Below, piece by piece: positions 56,677-64,000 of a stretch of DNA of 64,000 bases; the first letter of the stretch is position 1, and every line of letters starts with the position of its first letter. This stretch comes from an uncultured Rhodospirillaceae bacterium (GTDB lineage: Bacteria > Pseudomonadota > Alphaproteobacteria > UBA9219), in NCBI GenBank assembly GCA_964652235.1, contig CAZZDK010000002.1, positions 38,675-102,674 of the forward strand. The letters run 5' to 3'. The translations under genes were made by a program, and so were the position numbers. The notes under the pieces are model-generated. The model saw nothing but the letters and a program-made list of their open reading frames with translations. It did not search any database and was not told where the DNA came from.

Positions 56677-57924
56677 ATGGAATGGAACCCCACTGCGCAC
56701 GCCGCCAATTCCACGGACGAATACGTCTTTCACCAATTGATCCCTTACATCGGGAACAAACGCAAGCTGCTCGGCTTGATCGGCGACGCCGTTTTCGCCT
56801 CCCGCGCGCGACCTGAGACGCATCTTTTCGTGGATCTCTTCGCGGGAACGGGCGTTGTCGGGCGTTATGCGCGCCGCCTCGGCTTTGGCGTTTTAGCGAA
56901 CGATTGGGAGCCTTACGCGGAAGAATTGAACCGTTGTTACCTGGAAATTTCCCAAGCGCCCGTCTTCTTCGGCTCGCGTCCTTATTCGTCCGTTTTAAGC
57001 GAGCTTAACGCCCTGCCCCCTTTAAGCGGCTGGGTTACGGAGCATCTGTGTCCGCGCGACGACGAACATTTTGACGTTTCGCAAGACCGCCTTTTTTATA
57101 TGCGAAAAAACGGCCAAAGAATCGACGCCATCCGCGAACAAATCGCCGCGTGGGAGAAGGAGGGAAGACTCGATCCGGGACAAAGAGCCGCTCTTTTGGC
57201 CCCTTTGCTTTATCAATGCTGCTACAACGCCAACACAAGCGGGGTCTTCAAGGGTTTCCACAACGGCTGGGGAGGGCGGACAGGAACGGCCCTCTACCGC
57301 ATCAAGGGCGATCTCGTTTTACGACCCGCCTGCTTTCTGGACAATGGCCGACAAAGTCGCGTTCTGCGCGAAGACGCGCAGGCGCTTGCCGAGAGGTTGA
57401 GGAAAGAAACGGCGGGCGCGCCAACCTTCGTCTATCTCGATCCGCCTTACAACCAGCATCCCTACGGCTCGAACTATCATGTCCTGAACAGCGTCGCGCT
57501 ATGGGACAAGCCGCCGCTTTCGCCTCGAATTTCGGGCTACGGCGACAAGGCCGCCATTCGGACCGACTGGCGCGAAAGCCGCCGTAGCGCCTATAACGAA
57601 CGGGCCAGAGCCTCCAAAGCCTACGAAAAACTGCTTGAGACGCTCGCCGGACAGACTAAGATTATCGCCACAAGCTACAGCTCGGACGGCATGATCCCGC
57701 TTCGCGCCTTGATCGAGGCTAACGCGGCCCTGGGCGCGGTTATTCTTTTCACAAGACCCTATAAACGCTACAGGGTCAGCAGCCAGCGCCGCTCCTTGAA
57801 GCCCATGAACGTCGAGTTCGTTCTTTTGACGGAAGTGGGCCGCGAACCCTTTCTTTCTGTTGACGAAATAGAGGAAAGCATCCAAAACCAAGATAAGGAT
57901 TTTTCGTCAGGAGATTGCTTTTAA
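56677..57924 (+). CDS. DNA N6-adenine methyltransferase, D12 (Dam-like) class, orphan
   Basis: IPYIGNKRKLL, motif I DLFAGTGVVG, catalytic DPPYNQ; no nuclease gene adjacent. Confidence 0.55.
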   Translation: MEWNPTAHAANSTDEYVFHQLIPYIGNKRKLLGLIGDAVFASRARPETHLFVDLFAGTGVVGRYARRLGFGVLANDWEPYAEELNRCYLEISQAPVFFGSRPYSSVLSELNALPPLSGWVTEHLCPRDDEHFDVSQDRLFYMRKNGQRIDAIREQIAAWEKEGRLDPGQRAALLAPLLYQCCYNANTSGVFKGFHNGWGGRTGTALYRIKGDLVLRPACFLDNGRQSRVLREDAQALAERLRKETAGAPTFVYLDPPYNQHPYGSNYHVLNSVALWDKPPLSPRISGYGDKAAIRTDWRESRRSAYNERARASKAYEKLLETLAGQTKIIATSYSSDGMIPLRALIEANAALGAVILFTRPYKRYRVSSQRRSLKPMNVEFVLLTEVGREPFLSVDEIEESIQNQDKDFSSGDCF

Positions 57925-57925
57925 T

Positions 57926-58735
57926 ATGCGCACCGCTATCGTCATTCCCTCCCGCTACGAATCCACCCGTTTTCCCGGCAAACCGCTTGCCATGATCGCG
58001 GGGCAGACGATGCTTCAGCGCGTCGTGCGCGTCGCGCAGGCCGCCGCCAAAAACGATCCGGAAACAAAGGTCGTTGTGGCCACGGACGACGAACGGATCG
58101 CGCGGCACGTGGCAGACATCGGCGCGGATTGCGTTATGACCTCTGCGGCCTGCCAGACGGGAACGGACCGTGTGGCCGAGGCCGTACGCAAAATGGAAAC
58201 ACAGCCCGATTTCGTCTTGAACTTTCAAGGCGACGCCCCTCTCACGCCGCCGGATTTTCTGACGGCGCTCATCGAATCCTGGCGCGCCGCTCCTTGCGAC
58301 GTCGTAACCGCCGTCTCGCACCAAACGTGGGAAAAGCTTGATCGGCTTCGCGAAGATAAAAAGACGACGCCCTTTTCGGGAACCACCGTCGTCTTCGACG
58401 AAAAAACGGGCCTTGCCCATTGGTTCTCGAAGAACATCCTGCCGTCGATCCGCAAAGAAGCGGATTTGAGGAAAAAGAGCGACTTCTCTCCGGTTTGGGG
58501 GCATATCGGCCTTTACGGCTACAGCCGCGAAATGCTCGAGACTTTCGTCAAACTGCCAGAGGGCCGTTACGAAGTCCTCGAAGGACTCGAACAATTGCGC
58601 GTCCTTGAGAACGGCTACAAGATTCGCTGCGTGCCCGTCACGTTCGATGGTCGCGCGGATATGTCGGGCGTGGACAGCCCCGAAGACGTCGCGCGCTACG
58701 AAGCGCTTATCGCGAAACACGGCGAGCTTCTTTAA
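57926..58735 (+). CDS. kdsB: 3-deoxy-manno-octulosonate cytidylyltransferase
   Basis: N-terminus AIVIPSRYESTRFPGKPL typical of KdsB. Confidence 0.8.
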   Translation: MRTAIVIPSRYESTRFPGKPLAMIAGQTMLQRVVRVAQAAAKNDPETKVVVATDDERIARHVADIGADCVMTSAACQTGTDRVAEAVRKMETQPDFVLNFQGDAPLTPPDFLTALIESWRAAPCDVVTAVSHQTWEKLDRLREDKKTTPFSGTTVVFDEKTGLAHWFSKNILPSIRKEADLRKKSDFSPVWGHIGLYGYSREMLETFVKLPEGRYEVLEGLEQLRVLENGYKIRCVPVTFDGRADMSGVDSPEDVARYEALIAKHGELL

Positions 58736-59354
58736 GATGGCTTTCCTTATCCTCGCTCGCCACGGCAACACGTTCGAAAAGGGAACGACAGCCCGGTGGG
58801 TCGGCGCACGAACGGATATGGAATTGACGGCGGAAGGCGAGGCGCAAGGCCGCGCCCTGGCCGAGAGGATCGCGGCGCGTTACGCCCCCTTGGGCGGCCT
58901 TATGACGGGGCCGCTTGTCCGCACCCGACGTTTTGCCGAGATGATCGCGGCGCGGACGGACGTTTCTTTTACGATCGACCCGCGGCTTATCGAAATCGAT
59001 TACGGTCTTTGGGAAAACAAGTCGAGCGAAGAGATTCGCCTTCTTTACGGGGAAAACGAAATCACCGCCTGGGAAAAAGAAGGACAATGGCCGAAAAAGG
59101 CCGGCTTCGTCCCCGAACGCGAGAAGCTGATGCGGAACATCGAGACTTTCTTGGATGAACAGCGCGAAAAGCTTCTTGAGAAAGGCTCCTTGAACCGCGT
59201 CGCCATCACCAGCAACGGCGTTTTGCGCTTTGTCCATTTTCTTCTCACAGGCCGCGCGGCGGGAGAGGAAGCCAAGGTCAAAACGGGCTGCTACGGCGTC
59301 CTCGCACCGAACGCGACCGGCTGGTCCATCGAAAAATGGAACGAAAAGCCGTAA
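58736..59354 (+). CDS. Histidine phosphatase family protein (phosphoglycerate mutase-like)
   Basis: LILARHGNT (RHG catalytic motif); ORF-track start 58605 overlaps kdsB. Confidence 0.55.
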
Positions 59355-59366
59355 TAATAGGCCCGT

Positions 59367-60638
59367 TTATTTGTGATCCGCGCCGACGGCCTCGGCAATC
59401 GAGGCAAAGCCTTCCCGACGAAGAATAGTGGCCAGTTCGCGCTTGATCTTCTGAACAACGAGAGGTCCCTCGAAAACAAGCGCCGTATAGACTTGGACCA
59501 GCGAAGCTCCCGCCCGTATTTTCGCATAAGCTTCCTGGCCTGTCGCCACGCCTCCCGAACCGATGAGGGGCACCTTGCCTTCCGTCAGGCGATAAATGTT
59601 GGAGAGAATGCGGGTGGACAAATCGAACAAAGGTTGCCCGGAAAGGCCGCCCGCCTCTTTTCCGACCGCATCGGGAACGACGCTGGGCCGTGAGATGGTC
59701 GTGTTGCTGACGATGGCCGCCTGGATCTTGCTTTCCAAAAGAACGGCGGCGATGTCGGCCTGCTGTTCGCGCGACAAATCCGGCGCGATCTTGACGAATA
59801 CCGGAAGCTTGGGACAAAGCGCGTCGCGCCGGTCCGTCACGCTTTTCAAAAGAGAGGCCATACGTTCGCGCGTTTGCAGCTCGCGAAGGCCCGGCGTGTT
59901 GGGCGAGGAAATGTTCACGACAATGAAGTCGGCATAAGGGGCAACCTTGTCGAAACAGGCCAGATAATCTTTCGCATCGTCGGTCGTATCCTTATTTTTG
60001 CCGATATTCACGCCGACGGGATTGCGCGTGCGATCTTCTTTCGCGCGCCACTCCTTAAGCCTTTGCGCAAAAACGTCCGCGCCGACGCTGTTGAACCCGA
60101 AACGGTTGATCAAGGCTTTGGCCCGCGCGGCGCGGAACATACGCGGCTTGGGGTTGCCCTCCTGCGGCAGGGGCGTCACCGTGCCGATTTCCACGAAACC
60201 GAAACCGAAACCCATGAAGGCGTCCATGGCGGTCGCCTGCTTGTCCAGACCGGCGGCCAGGCCGACAGCGTTCGGGAATTCGATCCCGGCCAGAGTCGTT
60301 TTCAGGATTTCGTCGTCCGGCCCGTAAAAACGGGGCCCCAGATCGAGCGCCAACATTTCAAGCGTTCGCTCGTGGGCAACCTCCGGGTCCATCAGAAAAA
60401 GGATAGGGCGAACAAGCGGATAGGGATCAAAAAAACGGTCGCACCATTTCCATATGTCCACTTTTTTAATGAAACGGTTGACCTCTGGTTTTTCCAGAAA
60501 GGCCTTAAGATCCGGCTTTTTCCAGTATTTCTCTTTCAGACGCGCGAGGTCCGGCTTGCTCAAAGGGCTTTTCATGGCCGCTCCCAAAACTAACGAAAAG
60601 ACGCCAGGGCAGCATACGTTGCGCGCCGCAAAAGGCAA
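59367..60638 (-). CDS. pyrD: Dihydroorotate dehydrogenase (quinone), class 2
   Basis: LMDPEVAHERTL N-terminal helix, GFGFVEIGTVTP, NIGKNKDT, class-2 PyrD motifs; true start probably downstream of ORF-track start. Confidence 0.8.
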   Translation of the reverse strand: MPFAARNVCCPGVFSLVLGAAMKSPLSKPDLARLKEKYWKKPDLKAFLEKPEVNRFIKKVDIWKWCDRFFDPYPLVRPILFLMDPEVAHERTLEMLALDLGPRFYGPDDEILKTTLAGIEFPNAVGLAAGLDKQATAMDAFMGFGFGFVEIGTVTPLPQEGNPKPRMFRAARAKALINRFGFNSVGADVFAQRLKEWRAKEDRTRNPVGVNIGKNKDTTDDAKDYLACFDKVAPYADFIVVNISSPNTPGLRELQTRERMASLLKSVTDRRDALCPKLPVFVKIAPDLSREQQADIAAVLLESKIQAAIVSNTTISRPSVVPDAVGKEAGGLSGQPLFDLSTRILSNIYRLTEGKVPLIGSGGVATGQEAYAKIRAGASLVQVYTALVFEGPLVVQKIKRELATILRREGFASIAEAVGADHK

Positions 60639-60965
60639 GAGACCTAAACCCTTCTTTATTACTTAAGAAATTCATGCCTTCGTGTGTTAACGAATTTGTT
60701 TTTGCAACTATTTGTGTTCTTGTAAAATTCTATTTAGTATCGGCTCTATCCTTTTTTCCATTTTTACTGAATTTATTGAGAGAGAAAATGACAAAAGAAA
60801 AAGAAAAAACACAGGGATTCAAGGAAAAAACCGCTTCTTCACTCCTGACCTTCCCCTGTCCCGCCCGCCTAAAAAAGGAAAGGCTGAGTAGTCCGCTCAA
60901 GGCCGCCCTCAAGGCCGTCGAGCGTATGGGAGAAAAGAAGGAACATTAGGCCTATACAGCCCCTA

Positions 60966-60985
60966 AGGAATAAGATATTATTCCT
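60966..60985. promoter_or_regulatory. Perfect palindrome AGGAATAA-GATA-TTATTCCT immediately upstream of regulator gene
   Basis: 8-bp inverted arms, 4-bp spacer, 3 bp from ATG 60988. Confidence 0.4.
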
Positions 60986-60987
60986 AT

Positions 60988-61611
60988 ATGCTTCATCACG
61001 CCGACATTTGGCGCGCTATCGACCGTTTGGCCGAACGCCACCATCTTTCGCCCTCAGGCCTCGCGCGCAAAGCGGGGCTGAGCGCCACAAGTTTCAATCC
61101 CAGCAAGCGTTCGAACGGTTCGCGCAAAAGATGGCCTTCGACCGAAAGCATCGCGGCCATTCTTAAGGCCACGGGCAGCTCGCTTGATGACTTTGTCGCC
61201 CTGGCCTCCGCGCAGGCGCCGCAACGCCACAGAATCCCTCTCCTTGATTGCGCGATGGCCAAAAAAGAAGGTTCGTTCGACGAAACCGGACGCCCTACAG
61301 GTCCTGCGTGGGATTCCGCGCCGTGGCCGGGGTCGGACGATCCCGACGCCTTTATCCTGGAGCTTTCCGAACGAACCGCTCACCAGGCCTTTCCGGAAGG
61401 GACGCGGCTCCTTTTTTCGCCCGCCGAAAAGCCGAGGCGTGGCGATCTCGTCGGTCTGCGTACGGTCCAGGGAGAGATTCTCATCAAGAAACTGGGCCGC
61501 GAAGGCGCGCAGAAAATCGAGCTTCACGCGTCAAGCGGGGACGAACCCCCGTTAACCCTGCCGCGCCACGATGTCGATTGGCTTTATCGCATCGCCTGGG
61601 TGGGCCGGTAA
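60988..61611 (+). CDS. Transcriptional regulator, HTH + LexA/S24-like C-terminal domain (tentative)
   Basis: N-terminal HTH-like LSPSGLARKAGLSATSF; C-terminal beta-rich domain GDLVGLRTVQGEILIKKL resembling S24 fold but without a clear Ser-Met catalytic motif. Confidence 0.35.
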   Translation: MLHHADIWRAIDRLAERHHLSPSGLARKAGLSATSFNPSKRSNGSRKRWPSTESIAAILKATGSSLDDFVALASAQAPQRHRIPLLDCAMAKKEGSFDETGRPTGPAWDSAPWPGSDDPDAFILELSERTAHQAFPEGTRLLFSPAEKPRRGDLVGLRTVQGEILIKKLGREGAQKIELHASSGDEPPLTLPRHDVDWLYRIAWVGR

Positions 61612-61656
61612 ATCCTCTTTCTTCCTTAAAAGCTAAATGCTAAAGGCTGAAAGTCT

Positions 61657-63168
61657 TTGCACAACTTGGACCTTAAAATGACCGATTCTACCCCTATCGC
61701 CGCCGAAGACGAAATCGCCCGCCGCGCCGCCCGCCTTGAAAAAATAACCGCGCTTTACGGCAATCCCTTTCATGTCACCCGATATGGAAAAACGCACAGC
61801 GCCGCGCAGGTCAAGCAGGCGTTCGCGCACCTGGCGAACGGCGAAAAGACGGAAACCGAAGTCGCCGTCGCGGGCCGCATCATGTCCATTCGCAACGACG
61901 GGATGTTCATCGACATTTTGGACGACAGCGATCGGCTTCAGATTTTTCATAATATCAAGGAAGCTTCGCCGGAGAAAAAGGAGCTTCTCAGCCTTCTAGA
62001 CCTCGGCGACATTATCGGCGTGAAGGGCCTTGTCCGCCGGACGCCGCGCGGCGAGATCACGGTGGACGGCGTGGACGTAAAGATCCTCTCCAAAGCCCTG
62101 GAGCCGCCGCCGGAAAAATATCACGGCCTTAAAGACACGGACACGCGGTTTCGCCACAGAGAGCAGGATCTCGTCGCCACGCCCAAGACGCGCGAGACGT
62201 TGCGCGCGCGCTATAGGATGATCGCGGCGATCCGCCGGTTTCTGGAAGAAAAAGGCTTTCTTGAGGTCGAAACGCCCATGCTGCACGTCATCGCGGGCGG
62301 CGCCATCGCCAAACCTTTCGTCACGCACCACAACGCGCTGAACATTCCGCTCTTCCTGCGGATCGCGCCGGAACTTCACCTCAAGCGGCTGGCCATCGGC
62401 GGCCTTTCGGAAAAGATTTTCGAGATTAACCGCAATTTTCGCAACGAAGGCCTAAGCCCCCGGCACAATCCTGAGTTCACGATGATGGAGGTTTATCAAG
62501 CCTACGTCGATTTCACCGCGATGATCGAACTGACCGAAGCGATTGTCGAACACGTCGCCAAAACGCTGCACGGCTCGACGAAGGTCAAATACGGCGAGAA
62601 AGAAATCGACTTCACCGCCCCCTGGCCGCGCAAGGGCATGGTCGATCTTATCAAGGAACATACGGGGATCGACTTTTACGCGCTGCCCGATCCGAAAGAC
62701 GCGTATGATGCCGCTGCCGCTGCTGGCCTTAAGCTGGAGCCGGGGTTGGGCTGGGGACAAATCGTCGAGGCGGTTTTCGGCGAGCGGGTCGAGGACCAAT
62801 TGATCCAGCCGGTTCACGTCGTGGACCTGCCCAAGGAAATTTCGCCGCTTTCGAAGGCCTGGCCCGACCGTCCGCACGTCGCGCAGCGCTTCGAGACATA
62901 TATCAACGCCTGGGAAATCGCGAACGCCTTCAGCGAGCTGAACGATCCGAACGAACAGCGCGCGCGCTTTCTTGAACAGGCCGAACAAAAGCGGGGCCCC
63001 GACGAGCCGCCGCATCCGATCGACGAGGATTTCATCAAGGCGCTCGCCTTCGGTATGCCGCCGATGGGCGGCATGGGTCTTGGGATCGACCGCCTGGCCA
63101 TGCTGATGACGGACAGCGCTTCGATTCGCGAAGTCATCGCTTTCCCGACCATGCGGCCCGTCGAATAA
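61657..63168 (+). CDS. lysS: Lysine--tRNA ligase (class II)
   Basis: 503 aa; OB-fold N-domain, class II motifs (FRNEG, GMGLGIDRL). Confidence 0.9.
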   Translation: MHNLDLKMTDSTPIAAEDEIARRAARLEKITALYGNPFHVTRYGKTHSAAQVKQAFAHLANGEKTETEVAVAGRIMSIRNDGMFIDILDDSDRLQIFHNIKEASPEKKELLSLLDLGDIIGVKGLVRRTPRGEITVDGVDVKILSKALEPPPEKYHGLKDTDTRFRHREQDLVATPKTRETLRARYRMIAAIRRFLEEKGFLEVETPMLHVIAGGAIAKPFVTHHNALNIPLFLRIAPELHLKRLAIGGLSEKIFEINRNFRNEGLSPRHNPEFTMMEVYQAYVDFTAMIELTEAIVEHVAKTLHGSTKVKYGEKEIDFTAPWPRKGMVDLIKEHTGIDFYALPDPKDAYDAAAAAGLKLEPGLGWGQIVEAVFGERVEDQLIQPVHVVDLPKEISPLSKAWPDRPHVAQRFETYINAWEIANAFSELNDPNEQRARFLEQAEQKRGPDEPPHPIDEDFIKALAFGMPPMGGMGLGIDRLAMLMTDSASIREVIAFPTMRPVE

Positions 63169-63170
63169 CT

Positions 63171-63683
63171 TTATTCCACGCCTTTGTGCTGGCGCACCAC
63201 TTCGAGCGGCAGGGCGTTCGTCACGTCCGGCCCCCAGATGTTTTCGAGCTCTTTGATCGCCTCGCGCAGGGTTTTAAGCCGCGATTCCTGCTTCATAACG
63301 ACCATGGACCCCACGATGACGGGGATCGTGTAGAGCATCAGCTGCCCCACGCCCGCCGCGCCGAGCATAACGACCCAGCTGAACGGATCGCGCACGATGG
63401 CCCAGGCGGCCTCCATCGTCTGTCCTTTTTGCCAAAGTTCGATGAGAAAGGGCAAAACGCCCGCAAGATTGAGATACCCGATCGTCGCAAGACCCGATTT
63501 GTTTTCGTCGGTGTCGGTCACCAGCGCGATGAGGGTCGGCAAAAGGCCGAGGCAAACAAGGAGCGTCGGCACGCCGAACGGCACGACGCAGCCGATGAGA
63601 ATCATAAAGAAAATCAGCTTTCCGCCGCCCTTTTTCTTTTTGTCGCCCTTTTTCGGAGCCTCTTCTTTTTTCTCTTCCGCCAT
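63171..63683 (-). CDS. Hypothetical membrane protein
   Basis: Lys-rich N-terminus then 4 hydrophobic helices. Confidence 0.4.
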   Translation of the reverse strand: MAEEKKEEAPKKGDKKKKGGGKLIFFMILIGCVVPFGVPTLLVCLGLLPTLIALVTDTDENKSGLATIGYLNLAGVLPFLIELWQKGQTMEAAWAIVRDPFSWVVMLGAAGVGQLMLYTIPVIVGSMVVMKQESRLKTLREAIKELENIWGPDVTNALPLEVVRQHKGVE

Positions 63684-64000
63684 CGAGCCCTCACATCAAC
63701 AGGCTGCGCAAAAGGGCGCGGCCCAACGTGATCGCAATGAACACAAGGCCAACAAAACTCGCGATCGCGGCCGCGACGGGCCGACCGATCTCGCGGGCGA
63801 TGTTTTCCTTGTTCTTGAGGCTTTCTTCCAGGAACGTCATTTCCTTCTTGATGTTTTGATACATCAAGCGCGCGTTTAGAAAATCCTGTTCGTCGCCGTG
63901 CACGCGGGCAGGATCGTCGATGCGCTTCAAAAGAAGGGAGAGATCGCCTTTCGCGACGGCTTCCTTTGCCTGTTTGCGGACCTTTTCCTGGAAAGGCTTG

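Overview
The window looks like an Alphaproteobacteria-type, high-GC chromosome carrying a complete temperate prophage with an AT-rich cargo island at its end, followed by ordinary host genes.

Prophage, early/modification region (about 1-5900):
- Operator-like ACACTCAC repeats sit at the left edge (1-100).
- A phased array of about 20 copies of a TCGRACAYC-like motif lies at 1115-1400.
- Two tandem DNA methyltransferases follow: a C5-cytosine enzyme and a ParB-domain fused N6A/N4C enzyme.

Prophage, head module (5984-13177), lambda-like:
- Terminase small and large subunits.
- gpW-like head-tail joining protein.
- Portal protein.
- S49 prohead protease.
- Decoration-like protein.
- gpE-like major capsid protein.

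Prophage, tail module (13177-27523):
- The tail assembly chaperone carries an A_AAA_AAC slippery site (15869-15875). It predicts a -1 frameshifted G-T-like fusion ending at 16230.
- The distal tail is GTA-like: DUF2460, DUF2163, NlpC/P60 peptidase and a large host-specificity protein.
- Tail fibre candidates follow.
- Two AT-rich insertions (morons) interrupt the module. One is an antisense EEP-family gene between the chaperone and the tape measure protein (16252-16995). The other is a bacteriohemerythrin plus small ORFs after the tape measure protein (19330-20587).

Prophage, lysis cassette (27736-29171):
- A putative holin.
- An endolysin-like protein with a C-terminal transmembrane segment.
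- An overlapped i-spanin/o-spanin pair (Rz/Rz1-like).

Cargo island (about 29180-43400), AT-rich and mostly one leftward operon, directly downstream of the lysis cassette:
- Its core (29183-35878) encodes a glutamate racemase, a VanX-like D-Ala-D-Ala dipeptidase and a C39-like cysteine peptidase.
- It also encodes two Ddl-family ATP-grasp ligases, a Cys-rich 68-aa peptide, a MurF-like Mur ligase and a Nudix hydrolase.
- Together this is a phage-borne second copy of the D-Ala-D-Ala branch of peptidoglycan precursor synthesis, with VanHAX-like logic. I regard it as the most interesting, likely undescribed, system in the window.
- The rest of the island holds several paralogous XRE-type HTH regulators and a triplicated small-protein family.
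- It also holds an HTH gene translationally coupled to a 346-aa enzyme-like protein, an HNH nuclease and a tRNA 3'-end fragment (42186-42230) that is a likely att remnant.

Host region (43700-64000):
- A degenerate PAS-GGDEF-EAL protein, a deaminase, SecF and a prepilin peptidase.
- A WrbA-like protein and a lipoprotein.
- A three-gene membrane glycosylation module (GT-C-like, GT2, GtrA).
- ClpB, an orphan Dam-family MTase wedged between clpB and kdsB, KdsB, a histidine phosphatase, PyrD and LysS.
- A LexA/XRE-like regulator with a perfect palindromic operator.

No rRNA, CRISPR array or intact tRNA was seen.
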